From a virus (taxonomy: Duplodnaviria > Heunggongvirae > Uroviricota > Caudoviricetes): 64,000 nucleotides of DNA. Each line of letters starts with the position of its first letter. Position 1 is the stretch's first letter. A model generated the notes under the pieces. The model searched no databases, was not told the DNA's origin, and worked only from the letters and a program-made list of their open reading frames with translations. Both the position numbers and the translations under genes were made by a program. Of this stretch, positions 21,351 through 32,051 are shown in pieces. The DNA is taken from IMG/VR virus record IMGVR_UViG_3300025018_003790; one strand, 5' to 3'.

Positions 21351-21384
21351 GGAAAAAACAAACGGCCGGTGGACTCCGGCCGTT
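21351..21384 (-). terminator. rho-independent terminator
   Basis: Minus-strand AACGGCCGG-agtcca-CCGGCCGTT (9-bp GC stem) followed by TGTTTTTTCC. Confidence 0.55.
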
Positions 21385-21583
21385 CGTGGTTCTTTATTAA
21401 CTTGGTCGTCCCAGCACACAATTACATTCTGACCATTCTTGGGGACGGGTCCTTTTACAGCTATAGCCGAAGTTGCGGCCTCTGATTTCGTCTTCAGGAC
21501 GCTTTTATTCCCATAAAAGTAAGGATGCATATTTTTGTGATTTACATATGCGTCTATAACCAATTTGGTTTTTTGCTGTTAAT

Positions 21584-22654
21584 TCAATTATATGTAACAA
21601 TTTCTAAATCTTCTCCGTTAATTTCTTTTTTAATTCTTTCTATCGCTATTTCACTTATTTTTACAAATTTTCCATCTGTCTTTTTAATCTTTTCATTAGA
21701 TTGGATACCTATGAATCGAAGATCGTTTTTGTGCCTTGAACAAGCTATCGCAGTTGAAGCTGTCCCCGCAAAAAAATCTAGAACAACGTCGCCATCATCT
21801 GTAAATATATCTAGAATTTTCAACAACAACCCAATTGGTTTTGGGGATTCAAAAGCACGAACATCACCTATTTCTTTTTGAAGATTTTGAGTTGCAGAGT
21901 GATAATGCCCAACCTCTTTCCAACTCCAAACTGTGCTTGGTGGGACCTCAAAAGTTTTGCTAAAATATTGTTTAACATAAACCTCCCAATGATTATTCTT
22001 TTTCACCCATTCAAGGAATTCTTTTTCTTTTTCAACTTTTTTCTTTGACCATCTCCAATGACCTTGGGTGCCATCAGGTTTGATGGGCCAAACCTCCGAC
22101 CCATCAGGTGAAGTCAAAGGGTAGAAAAGAGTTGGGGCATTTTCTTTTAAAGAACCTTTCCCTTCTTTTCTTAATGATCGTCGTCGATATTTCCCTTTTA
22201 AATCTTCGTGATTAAATCTATTTGTATAATTTTCATCAGCTTGTCTAATTTCTTTGTTTATTTTTGAATTTTTACTTCTTTTATAAACTAATAAATATTC
22301 ATGATCTTTTGAAAAGAACGAGCAATTCATTTTGGGGCTATAATTTCTATGCCAAACTAATGTCGCTACAAAATTACTTTCTCCGAAAATTTTATCCATC
22401 ATCAATTTCAAGTTGTAAATTTCATTATCATCAATAGATAAACAAATAAACCCATTGTTTTGAAGAATTCTAAAAGATTCTTTTAGGCAAGGATAAATCA
22501 TTTCTTTCCATTGTTGATGTGTTTTAGAATCTTCATAACTCAAAGAGTTTTTTGTATTGTAAGGCAAATCAGAATAAATTAATTTAACAGATTTATCATC
22601 AATTCTTTTTAATGCTATTTTATTATCAGATTCTATAAATAAAAATTTTATCAA
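21584..22654 (-). CDS. beta-class DNA amino-methyltransferase (N6-adenine or N4-cytosine), apparently orphan
   Basis: Motif IV LIYSDLPYN (DPPY-like) near the N-terminus and motif I VLDFFAGTASTAIA near the C-terminus; no adjacent restriction endonuclease candidate. Confidence 0.8.
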   Translation of the reverse strand: MIKFLFIESDNKIALKRIDDKSVKLIYSDLPYNTKNSLSYEDSKTHQQWKEMIYPCLKESFRILQNNGFICLSIDDNEIYNLKLMMDKIFGESNFVATLVWHRNYSPKMNCSFFSKDHEYLLVYKRSKNSKINKEIRQADENYTNRFNHEDLKGKYRRRSLRKEGKGSLKENAPTLFYPLTSPDGSEVWPIKPDGTQGHWRWSKKKVEKEKEFLEWVKKNNHWEVYVKQYFSKTFEVPPSTVWSWKEVGHYHSATQNLQKEIGDVRAFESPKPIGLLLKILDIFTDDGDVVLDFFAGTASTAIACSRHKNDLRFIGIQSNEKIKKTDGKFVKISEIAIERIKKEINGEDLEIVTYN

Positions 22655-22836
22655 TCATTCCCTTTCTAAATCAATTTGTTCTAATATTATATCTATGTTA
22701 GAACAAAATATGGGTTCTAATTCTAAACGCTGTGAAATATTTTGCAAAAGTTTCATTTCCTCTTCAATGTTGTAACCTAGGGATCCCATTAGTCCTTTTC
22801 GTGCTAATCTCAAAAAGATCGATTTTACTCTTAATC

Positions 22837-23142
22837 TCAAGTAATAAAGATATGCAACTTTAAACAGATTATATAATAAGACACATGAAATAACAAAATA
22901 TGAAATGAAAAAAATATCTCAATTGTCATAGAATACTCTAACCTAATCATTTCTTTGAAGATTTTATTGCAATCTTTTAGTAAAATGAAAAGAACCGAAA
23001 CCAATAGGAAACGTGTTGTTATAAATAAATTGCATTTTCTGGTTATTAGATCTTCTCTGTTAAAAGTGTCCAAACCTCCTAATTTTAAAATTTCTGATAC
23101 AGATCTAGTCTGTTGTTCTCTATAGTAGTTAATGGATTTCAT
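22837..23142 (-). CDS. small membrane protein
   Basis: Two hydrophobic helices (LLVSVLFILL, FFSFHILLFHVSYYIICL). Confidence 0.4.
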   Translation of the reverse strand: MKSINYYREQQTRSVSEILKLGGLDTFNREDLITRKCNLFITTRFLLVSVLFILLKDCNKIFKEMIRLEYSMTIEIFFSFHILLFHVSYYIICLKLHIFIT

Positions 23143-23159
23143 CTCTTACTCTCCTTCTG

Positions 23160-23702
23160 TTAAAGAGATATGTCATCAAACACAGATCCGACTTCAGACA
23201 TATTTGTTTTTTCTGGTGATTTTTTTAATAGGATGGGTAATTCAATACTAGAGATGGACGCCACAACTTTTCGGTTAGAGTATAAATATAGACCTTGATT
23301 ATCTAAGATTAATTCATTTCCAAAAACACCGACAGTTGTTCCCTCTGACAATTTATCCAAATTCAGAGAAAGAACAATATCTGATTGGGATATTTTTTGA
23401 GTATCATTTAAATTAGACAACAAGACTAAATCATTATTATAAATAATTTTGTGTATAAAATACCATACTGCAAAATACATATAAAAATACATAGATAGAT
23501 TAGAAATTCCGCCAAAAATAAAATAGAATATTAACTCGGATTTATAACTATGAAAAATAATTACTCCTGCTATAATACCTGTCACTATTGATACAAATAT
23601 AGATACCAACATTGCGTTGGAAATAAAATTTTTGGTAGAATTATATTGTTCTAATATATCACCGTGGACAGATACTAAATCAATCCGCTTATTTTGTTCC
23701 AT
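23160..23702 (-). CDS. membrane protein (180 aa)
   Basis: Predicted TM helices SIFVSIVTGIIAGVIIF and IFYFIFGGISNLSMYFYMYFAVWYFI. Confidence 0.4.
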   Translation of the reverse strand: MEQNKRIDLVSVHGDILEQYNSTKNFISNAMLVSIFVSIVTGIIAGVIIFHSYKSELIFYFIFGGISNLSMYFYMYFAVWYFIHKIIYNNDLVLLSNLNDTQKISQSDIVLSLNLDKLSEGTTVGVFGNELILDNQGLYLYSNRKVVASISSIELPILLKKSPEKTNMSEVGSVFDDISL

Positions 23703-23712
23703 ATCCTCACTC

Positions 23713-24678
23713 TCAAGCCGGGATTTGCATTTCAGGATATTTTTCTTCTATAATCTTATTTCTTAATTCCTCGGAAAGAATACATTCTTCTGAAGATTTT
23801 TCTACTAATTTAAACTTTGTGATATTGAGGCACAATGAACCTGAAATTAATTGATCCTCTCCTAGAAAAGCATCGTTATTCTGAACAGCTATCGAAAATG
23901 GGAATAGTATACTTCCTAGTCTTATTTTATTTTCTCCTTCTGTCTCACCAATCTCTAACTTTGGCTTTGAATCAGAATTATAAATATATCTCTCAACAAA
24001 ATCATAGTTTACATTTATGGCAATTGAACTAATTATTTTATCCATAAAAAATTCAGGATCAACATTAGCTACCCATTCTCTTATGCAAACCAGTTTGTCA
24101 TAAATTGAGATGTTTTTATCAAAATCTAATTGATGTCCACTTCTTAAATAGGAATATAAAATTTTAAAATTAATTAAAGATTTTTTATCTATGTAAAATT
24201 CATCAGAGAATGATGATTTTCTTTTTTTGAAATTGACTACAAATGGGAACAACTGATTAGTTGGTTCTTCAAAGAAAGTTATTTTTTGAAATGAATTTAA
24301 TGAGATGCTAACTAAAAAAATGTTATTAGGTATAAAACTAACCCCATAGACTTCTGTTAACAAAGAAAACCTTTTCATAACAGCAGATGAAAAACAATCT
24401 TTACATCTTTTATCCTCAAGTTTTTGAATTTCTTGTCTATCTAATCTTTTATTTTTTAATTCTAAAAATTCATCGCTTTTTGTTATCACGCCATTTTTGA
24501 TCACTGACATAATTGGAAAACCATTTTGTTTAAATCTAACTGTTGCATCTTTAATGTTTCTTTGATTTAAAAGATCAGTTATTTCTTTAGAAATATCTTT
24601 GACAACTCTATCTTTTTCTTCTAACTTTTCAAGGATACTTATTTTTATATCCAACATTCTCTCCTGGGCATAAATCAA
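23713..24678 (-). CDS. hypothetical protein
   Basis: ORF track, 321 aa. Confidence 0.45.
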   Translation of the reverse strand: MIYAQERMLDIKISILEKLEEKDRVVKDISKEITDLLNQRNIKDATVRFKQNGFPIMSVIKNGVITKSDEFLELKNKRLDRQEIQKLEDKRCKDCFSSAVMKRFSLLTEVYGVSFIPNNIFLVSISLNSFQKITFFEEPTNQLFPFVVNFKKRKSSFSDEFYIDKKSLINFKILYSYLRSGHQLDFDKNISIYDKLVCIREWVANVDPEFFMDKIISSIAINVNYDFVERYIYNSDSKPKLEIGETEGENKIRLGSILFPFSIAVQNNDAFLGEDQLISGSLCLNITKFKLVEKSSEECILSEELRNKIIEEKYPEMQIPA

Positions 24679-25182
24679 AGAGCCAACATATCAAAGAAGT
24701 TGTTACTAGTCCCGACTTGCGTTTCTTGATTCATATTTTCATCTTTTTTTGGCAACTCTTCTTTTAATGAATCAGATAATTCTTCTAATCCTTTAAACAT
24801 CCTATCTTCAAAATATTTAGAATAAAACACCACAGTGTTGACGCTATTAAATATCTGGTATGGTTGTGGATTCATCCTTTCCCTCTCTCTCTTCGTTAAA
24901 ATCAAGATCGTCGAAAATATTTAATTCTTCAGATTTATTTTCTTCAATGATAACATCATCTTTTTTCTTCTTTTTCTTTTTCTTCTTCTTTGTATATCCT
25001 AATTTCATCTCAACTGTTCTCCACTCCTAAAAGAATGGGTCTTGGAAAGCATTGCCCGACGCACCATTTCATCAGGATTCTATCCAAGACCCATCCTATT
25101 ATACATCAGGGGGCTGCCGTCAGCCAAGGAATTTTTGGAAGTAATAGGTTATTTCATTCCCAATGTTGAATTATAAATAACG

Positions 25183-26457
25183 GTGATAAAAATGAAGAAA
25201 AAAATAAAAATTAGTGAGCTAATTAGATCGTCGATCAAGAAAGATTTAGATGGAGAACATCGTAGTTCTGATGAATTAATCAAAATATCAGCACCGTTTT
25301 TAAGAGATATGTGGGACAAAATAAAAGGTTTTGGAGAAGAGGTCTCACATGGAATTAGCGCACAATTTTCTGCAATTGATGAAATTGATAAAATAACAGA
25401 TGAAATTGATGAATTCTTATCATCTGCAAATTTTGAAAATGAAGAGGATGGGAATCAATATGATAATCCATTTGGTAATTTCTACAAAGGAAGCAATGAA
25501 GAATATGTCATCGAAATTCCAACTAAAAACAATCAAAAATTAAGAATAACAATTAGAGATCCATTAGACCCAATTTTAATTGAAAAATTATTTTCTTTTA
25601 GAGATGGTAGAACAGAATGGAATCCAATTGCTACAATTTCAATCTATGATTTACCTAAAACTTATGAAAAATTTATTCACCCAGAAGAATCAAGACTCTC
25701 TGCTTTAGATCGAGGAATTAGTTTAAACACCGAGCAAGATCCAACAATAGAACGTGGGATTAGTTTAGCAGATCCAAAGAATGACTTGGAAGCAAGTGTT
25801 AAATCTAAATTTTCCAAAGTATCTTTTGTCCCGCAAGAAGTTTCTAAAACAAGAGAAAAGGCGTTACAACATTTTTATGGGAATCCTAACCCAACACCAG
25901 AAAGATTTAAAGAAGAGTTAGCCCCACGAGAAGCAAACGAATATGTTATCAATCCATGGAAAACAGGCGGTGGAGAAGCAACCTTGGATGTGGGGAATAG
26001 AAAACAAATTGAACTAGATGCTAACACTTGGATGGATGAAGCCTTTCTTCCACCAGAACACGGAAAAAGATTAACATACGAATCTAGAAGACCAGGGCAA
26101 TGGGGTTACGATGTCTTTTCACCTGAAAACTTTACTTTAACAGGGGAAGAAGATTTAGACACAAGAAAAGAGAGAGAAGAAATCTTCCATCAATTTGATC
26201 CGAATAACGAAGAAATGCAAAGAATGAAAGAAAATAATGAAAAAATTGAAACAGAAAGAGAAGGAAAAGAACAAAGATCTCTTGAAACAGAAACAATTGA
26301 AAGACAAAAAAATAAACTGATCAAAGAATTAATTGCTAAATATCCTGAAAAATTCAAAAAAATCATCCTAGAGTTAAAAAGAATTGATTCATCTGAAATT
26401 TCTTTAGATGAATGGAAGAGGTTGTTTAGAAAAATAAAAAAACAAATGGGGAAATAA
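25183..26457 (+). CDS. hypothetical Lys/Glu-rich protein (plus-strand block)
   Basis: ORF track, 424 aa; first gene of a three-gene block of opposite orientation. Confidence 0.5.
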   Translation: MIKMKKKIKISELIRSSIKKDLDGEHRSSDELIKISAPFLRDMWDKIKGFGEEVSHGISAQFSAIDEIDKITDEIDEFLSSANFENEEDGNQYDNPFGNFYKGSNEEYVIEIPTKNNQKLRITIRDPLDPILIEKLFSFRDGRTEWNPIATISIYDLPKTYEKFIHPEESRLSALDRGISLNTEQDPTIERGISLADPKNDLEASVKSKFSKVSFVPQEVSKTREKALQHFYGNPNPTPERFKEELAPREANEYVINPWKTGGGEATLDVGNRKQIELDANTWMDEAFLPPEHGKRLTYESRRPGQWGYDVFSPENFTLTGEEDLDTRKEREEIFHQFDPNNEEMQRMKENNEKIETEREGKEQRSLETETIERQKNKLIKELIAKYPEKFKKIILELKRIDSSEISLDEWKRLFRKIKKQMGK

Positions 26458-27057
26458 ATGAATAAAATATATAATTTGATTATTAATTTAATGAAGACCG
26501 CTGATCTAGCTGATCGCAAAGATTTAAAACAGATATCTGAAAGTCTCGATAAAATAGCCTTTGAATCAGGGAAGCTGATTAAAAAGTCTTTTGGGTTTAA
26601 CGTCCCACAGCAATCTAATGGTTTTCAAGGTGCTCAACAAACCCAACAACAACCTCAACAACAACCTCAACAGCCGGTAAATGAATTCCAAAGAATTCAT
26701 GCGTTTATAGAGCGTTGCGGTCAGGATATTTTTAGTCTTCAAGAACTTTTTCAAAATGACCCGCAAACAAGGGAAGCAATGATCAATGCACTCGGTTATT
26801 TAAATGGGCTTGATCAAGCATTTACACAAATAGAGAGGGCTTACAATTATTTAGCTGAAAATCCGAATGCAAATCAAAATGTTCCCACCAATCAACAAGC
26901 GCCTAATTATTCTACTGCTCAACAACAACAGATTTATAATAGTTTGTCACCAGAACAAAAACAAATTTATGATAGATTGACACCGGATCAAAAAGCAACT
27001 GTTAACATGTATGGGCAAGAAGCACGAACCTTAAATAATCAATGGGGCGGTCAATAA
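26458..27057 (+). CDS. hypothetical Gln/Pro-rich protein
   Basis: Start ATG overlaps the stop of the previous gene (TAAATG); QQTQQQPQQQPQQP low-complexity tract. Confidence 0.45.
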   Translation: MNKIYNLIINLMKTADLADRKDLKQISESLDKIAFESGKLIKKSFGFNVPQQSNGFQGAQQTQQQPQQQPQQPVNEFQRIHAFIERCGQDIFSLQELFQNDPQTREAMINALGYLNGLDQAFTQIERAYNYLAENPNANQNVPTNQQAPNYSTAQQQQIYNSLSPEQKQIYDRLTPDQKATVNMYGQEARTLNNQWGGQ

Positions 27058-27061
27058 TCGG

Positions 27062-27568
27062 TTAAATCATAACAATACATAAATAATCAGTTTCCTGAAA
27101 ACAATTAATTAACAAATTATCTATTTCAAATTCATCAATCCCTAACAACTCTTTGGATAAATCTGGAATTAAAAAAATCAAACTTTTTCCATAAGATTTA
27201 ATTTCAGGAATAATATATGAAAAAATGGAGCTTTTTACTTTTTGTAAATTTTTAGAAATAATTTTAGGATCGCATTGTTCTGATGGTGTCTCTCTAACTT
27301 TAAAGTTAAGAAAATATTCATTAAGCAAAGATTTAAATAAATAAACCTTTTCATTTTCTATTGGGTCTGATTGATAACGATTTAAATATCCTCTCTTCAT
27401 TTGATCATTATTAATTGATATCCTTCTTGAGAAACCAGTTTGAAATGGTTTTGATGAAATTAACGGAACTGCATACGCATATCTATATTTTTTTTCGAAA
27501 TTAATCTCATTTTCTGGTCTAAAAATCAACATACAAACATTCCTCCTATTTACTTCCATAGTTGACAT
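27062..27568 (-). CDS. hypothetical protein
   Basis: ORF track, 168 aa. Confidence 0.4.
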   Translation of the reverse strand: MSTMEVNRRNVCMLIFRPENEINFEKKYRYAYAVPLISSKPFQTGFSRRISINNDQMKRGYLNRYQSDPIENEKVYLFKSLLNEYFLNFKVRETPSEQCDPKIISKNLQKVKSSIFSYIIPEIKSYGKSLIFLIPDLSKELLGIDEFEIDNLLINCFQETDYLCIVMI

Positions 27569-27610
27569 GCTGACATACTCCCTCCGCTAAAGCAGGAAGG
27601 CTTTCTAGCC

Positions 27611-28720
27611 GTGTTCTTTGTAAATTATACCTTGTTGTGTCAACCAAAAATTTATGTTTTGCAGGGAATAAAATTTTTTGTTAGAATTAATACTTTGATC
27701 CTTTGGAGGTTTTTCAAAATGGAATTTAATAAAAAAGTAGATAGGGCTTTGTCTGATTTAACAAAATCTTCACAATGGTGTGATGATCATTTTAATGAAG
27801 GATGGGGAAATCTTGCAAATTGTTTTGATGATACTATTTTGCTTTTATCTGCATTTTCATCTAAAGATAAAAAATTAATTAAATTAAATCAACAAAGAAT
27901 TAAAATGGGAAAAATATCTGGTCTCCCTCAAATATCTCTTGATGCCATCTTGGAGAGTGGGGGTAGGAAAATTCTAGAGAATATTGTCCCCCTCGGCGAG
28001 AGGTTCTTGCAGCATCAAACTGGCGGTGGGGACCACATGAAAGACGAGAGGAAAGAAGTTCCAGGTTGGAGAGACAAAGCAGGAAGAGCTTTAGATTATG
28101 GGACTACATTTTCAAGGAACCCAGGTTTTTTGAATATGGTCGGCGCTGGTCTAGGGGAATATCTAAAAGGTGGTGATTTAAAGGGAGTTGCAGAAAAAGC
28201 TGGATTGGCAAATCTTCCATACGAAGTTAGAATCGGTCTTGAGACATTTGAGGGATTAATTCCATTGGTTGAGGAGGTTGCCCCTGTTCTTAATCAGTTC
28301 ACAAATTATAATGTCTCAGAAATTATTAACAAAATGAAATCTATAATCCCACAAGTAGCTGCTGCTATCGGTTGGGGTTTGTTACTCAGGAAAATCATGG
28401 GGCTTGGTGGGGGAGATCAAATAGACGAAAAGAATAAAGATCATAAAATAATAGATGATTCAGTCCCAGAAGCTCCAAAACCCCAAGAATCGGGAGAACC
28501 AACCAGGGTCATGCCATCAAATTCTTCAGACGGTTTTGCTAATGATGTTTCTGATTTTGGTTTAGGATCAGAAAAACAATTGGGATTGAGAAGAGAATCT
28601 TCAAAAAAATCATCAAATCCATTAGTTTATGTTGCAATAAAAAAGAAAAACTCAAATGGGACCATTAAAAAAGAACTTGGGATTTTGCCATACTCACTTG
28701 CTAAATTGATGAATGATTAA
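27611..28720 (+). CDS. hypothetical protein
   Basis: ORF track, 369 aa; its stop abuts the stop of the convergent gene 28721..29506. Confidence 0.45.
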   Translation: MFFVNYTLLCQPKIYVLQGIKFFVRINTLILWRFFKMEFNKKVDRALSDLTKSSQWCDDHFNEGWGNLANCFDDTILLLSAFSSKDKKLIKLNQQRIKMGKISGLPQISLDAILESGGRKILENIVPLGERFLQHQTGGGDHMKDERKEVPGWRDKAGRALDYGTTFSRNPGFLNMVGAGLGEYLKGGDLKGVAEKAGLANLPYEVRIGLETFEGLIPLVEEVAPVLNQFTNYNVSEIINKMKSIIPQVAAAIGWGLLLRKIMGLGGGDQIDEKNKDHKIIDDSVPEAPKPQESGEPTRVMPSNSSDGFANDVSDFGLGSEKQLGLRRESSKKSSNPLVYVAIKKKNSNGTIKKELGILPYSLAKLMND

Positions 28721-29506
28721 TCATTCATCAATTAAAAGATCTTCTAAAATTTGTTCAATTTGTTCTTCGGTGTATCCCCACACTCTTCCAAGTTTTCTTA
28801 TTTTTTTAATTATTTCCCTTTGATTGAAATTTTCCCAAAGACTTTCTGGGTCGTAGCCAACCAAGTCATGTGATTCGATAATTGCTTCAATCAATCCTGG
28901 ATCAATAATTTCATTATTATAAACAATCTGTGATTCATCTTCTTCATCTGATTTCCCCCAAAACCTCCAACCAAAAGGCATCCCATAAATTGGATTTGGG
29001 AATTCTGTAATATCTATTAAAAAACTTCCATTATCGTCTTCGGGCCACATCAAATCTTCTTCTCCAATTTTATCTTGATGCAAATACCATAGATAAGGAT
29101 TAAAATTCATAAGGCCATTACTTTGATCTGATAAAAAGATATCATAAACATAAGAATAAGATTGGGTAGCATCCCAGGGTGAAAAACCATAACTTGAAAT
29201 CAAGTCGGTGAATTGACCTAAAAAGTTTTTTCTTTCATCAGAATTGATTTCATTCCAAAATCCTTTTATTTTAACGAAAATATCTATATCTTTTGTGTCA
29301 GCGTCAAGTTCCTCTTCTTTGGCTAGTGCAGGTGAGCCAGTTGCATAAGCATTTTCAACAATTTCTGGGAAACTATGTTTCAAGACTTGACATATTTCAA
29401 TAGCAAAAGATAAGGCAATCCTTTTGCTAACATCAGCCATACTAATTTTCATTAGGAAATCGACTGTTGTATGTTTGCCTTTTCTTTCTAGATCACCTGA
29501 ATTCAT
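28721..29506 (-). CDS. Pol-beta-fold nucleotidyltransferase-like protein
   Basis: Helix then GS...D.D pattern (YATGSPALAKEEELDADTKDIDIFV), with a later acidic YVYDIFL, as in minimal/CD-NTase-type nucleotidyltransferases. Confidence 0.4.
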   Translation of the reverse strand: MNSGDLERKGKHTTVDFLMKISMADVSKRIALSFAIEICQVLKHSFPEIVENAYATGSPALAKEEELDADTKDIDIFVKIKGFWNEINSDERKNFLGQFTDLISSYGFSPWDATQSYSYVYDIFLSDQSNGLMNFNPYLWYLHQDKIGEEDLMWPEDDNGSFLIDITEFPNPIYGMPFGWRFWGKSDEEDESQIVYNNEIIDPGLIEAIIESHDLVGYDPESLWENFNQREIIKKIRKLGRVWGYTEEQIEQILEDLLIDE

Positions 29507-29586
29507 AAAAGATAATTCTTTTTTTGTTTAACTAATACTTTTATTATTCTGATAAAAGTACCCAATGACAAAATTATTTTTTAAAT

Positions 29587-30072
29587 CTAAAACAAACTCC
29601 CAGAATCATCAGCCTCAAGTTTTGTCCTTGCTTTCTCGTCTTTCTGATCTTTGGTTAAAATTTCGCCATAACATTCAGAAACTGTTGAAACCAAATCTAA
29701 AATCTTTCCAAGTTGTGTCTTTTTTCCACTCGTAACTATTTTATAGCACTTCCCAATTTGAATTTTATCAGCAGAAGCCAATGTCAAAGGATAAACCTCA
29801 ATTGATGAAGCAGATGGGATCGGGATGATATCCCCATCTTCATCAACGCTTACAGGGGATCCTCTAACCGTTAGATATTCATCAGAAATTTCTGTTTGGG
29901 AGATGATTAAGATAGTAGAAATTTCAAATGGTTTTGTTTTAGATTCATATGTAGATTTTAAGAAAAAAGGTGTTATAATTGATGCAAACATAGCAATTAT
30001 TGAAATAACAACTAACAACTCAACTAGACTAAATCCTCTTCGTTTCCTGATCATTTCGGTCCTCTCTCTCAT
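29587..30072 (-). CDS. type IV pilin / pseudopilin-like protein
   Basis: N-terminus KRRGFSLVELLVVISIIAMFASI = prepilin leader, G|F(S)LxE cleavage/methylation motif with Glu at +5, then a hydrophobic helix. Confidence 0.5.
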   Translation of the reverse strand: MRERTEMIRKRRGFSLVELLVVISIIAMFASIITPFFLKSTYESKTKPFEISTILIISQTEISDEYLTVRGSPVSVDEDGDIIPIPSASSIEVYPLTLASADKIQIGKCYKIVTSGKKTQLGKILDLVSTVSECYGEILTKDQKDEKARTKLEADDSGSLF

Positions 30073-30076
30073 GCTT

Positions 30077-32020
30077 TCAGATAGTTTTTAGTCTTTCTAG
30101 TTCATCAAGTTTTAAGAAATAGAACCCGAAAACAGTAGGATACTGCAAGGTTCTTTCTGTGTCAAGATCAATATCTTCCAAATGAGTTCCCTGTGGTTTT
30201 TGAACCCACTTATGAATGTTGCCAAAGAATCTAATAAAAAATTTTTTCACCCAATCAACGATTTGGTTGTGTAAATAATCTTCAAATTTTTCAAAGAGGA
30301 TCAATGCTATTTCATATGGTGATTTCCCATGAGTTACCAATAATTCATAACAAGAGTCTAAAACTTCAAATGGCATTAATTCTCTTTCATCTTCTTGGTT
30401 TTCTGCAAGTTCCGCAGAAGCAACAGTTTTGTAGATCAATCTAGCAAGAACAATCGCAAGTTGTGCGCTCTGTTCGTCGTTTTGATTTGCAAGTGCTTTT
30501 AGATAAAAATACTCCAAAATTTTGTTAATCTTTGTTTTTCGGCAACCAGAGATTGGGGCAAAATCTCCTTGCATATCACCAAGTTTTGTCGCATACCCAA
30601 CGGCTGTTTCCGACATATTGCTTGTGCAGAGCACAAGCCCTCGACAAATATTTGAAAGATTGGCAATTTTTGTTGCACGGATTCTCGCTTGTATATTTTG
30701 ATCTGCAATTCTGTAATCCGCCTCTCCAAAACCAAGCCCTTCATTCAATTTACGCAAATCTACTGATTCTCTTTGAAACGGTTCAGCAATTGATTGTTCG
30801 TAAAAATTAAGACCAAGTGTTTCACATAAATCCTTTGAAATATTTCTGGTAGCATCAGAGTTATAAGATGTTGGGAAAGAGACACAGGTAACAACATCGT
30901 GAGGATTCAAATTATTTCTGATTGCCCATTCATAAGCTAAAATTGCAACCAAGACAGAATCTCGGCCACCAGAAATAGAGATTAACATCCTATCAAAAGT
31001 ACCAACTTTTCTGAAATAATCACCCATTCCCATAATAATTGCATTAATTATTTCTTCGATTTCATCAAAAACTACAACTTTTTCTTGTTTTTTAATTCTT
31101 GATCGATCAATGTTTATTCCCTGTGGAATTTTGACTGTATAAATAGAAGGAATTAACTTTTCTCTTTCAATAAAATCTTCTGCTTGACTTTTCCAGGTTG
31201 TATCTCTTGCCCTTGATGCCCAGACTTCATCAAAATCAACATCTTGGATAACAATTCCTGGTTGGAATCGTTCCAATTCAGCTAAACATTCACCCTCTTG
31301 AATAATATAGCCACCACCATCAAATGAAAGTTCTCCGTTCCCACCAACTTGATATGCTGCTAGAAGAATCGAATGATCATCAATTGATCTTTGTCTCAAC
31401 ATCATTTTTCGATTGTTTTCGACTCCTGATCTAAAAGGCGATGCGTTCAAAATAGCATGAACAACTGCGCCTTCATAACCATGGTGCCTCATTGGCCCAT
31501 CTGGCACCCAAGAGGTTTCACAAATTTCACAAGAAAAAATGAAGGAACCATTAATTTCAAAAAGGAGATCGCCAAAATCTGGATTCTCTAAACCAAAACC
31601 AATTTTTGTTAAATCAAATTGTTTGCCTTCTGTGGTTGTTCTTTTTTCATAAAAAATACCATAGTTCGGAAGATGTTGTTTGGGGGTGATACCGACAACT
31701 TTACCTTTATGAATCACAAAAGCACAATTAAAAATTCCACGACTCGGGATCGGCAGGAATCCACCAATCACAAAAATTGTATCTAGATACATTGTAGCTT
31801 CACAAAATCTATAAATTTCTTCTATTTCTCGGTGAAAGAAAAATGGCAACAAAAGAAAATCGCTACAAGGATAACCTGTTACACAACCTTCTGCATAAAC
31901 CAATAGATTACAACCAAGATCATTTGCATGAGAAGCATAAGGAAGCATTAAATCTACATTGTTCTTAAAATCACCAACTTTAGGATTCATGGAGACAACA
32001 CCGAGACGTGCTTTTGACAT
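30077..32020 (-). CDS. nadE: glutamine-dependent NAD+ synthetase
   Basis: N-terminal CN-hydrolase (nitrilase) domain, C-terminal NAD synthetase domain with PP-loop ISISGGRDSVLVAI (SGGxDS); 647 aa. Confidence 0.8.
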   Translation of the reverse strand: MSKARLGVVSMNPKVGDFKNNVDLMLPYASHANDLGCNLLVYAEGCVTGYPCSDFLLLPFFFHREIEEIYRFCEATMYLDTIFVIGGFLPIPSRGIFNCAFVIHKGKVVGITPKQHLPNYGIFYEKRTTTEGKQFDLTKIGFGLENPDFGDLLFEINGSFIFSCEICETSWVPDGPMRHHGYEGAVVHAILNASPFRSGVENNRKMMLRQRSIDDHSILLAAYQVGGNGELSFDGGGYIIQEGECLAELERFQPGIVIQDVDFDEVWASRARDTTWKSQAEDFIEREKLIPSIYTVKIPQGINIDRSRIKKQEKVVVFDEIEEIINAIIMGMGDYFRKVGTFDRMLISISGGRDSVLVAILAYEWAIRNNLNPHDVVTCVSFPTSYNSDATRNISKDLCETLGLNFYEQSIAEPFQRESVDLRKLNEGLGFGEADYRIADQNIQARIRATKIANLSNICRGLVLCTSNMSETAVGYATKLGDMQGDFAPISGCRKTKINKILEYFYLKALANQNDEQSAQLAIVLARLIYKTVASAELAENQEDERELMPFEVLDSCYELLVTHGKSPYEIALILFEKFEDYLHNQIVDWVKKFFIRFFGNIHKWVQKPQGTHLEDIDLDTERTLQYPTVFGFYFLKLDELERLKTI

Positions 32021-32051
32021 CGCAGTTCCCTTTCGACACAGGCCCTTGGGT

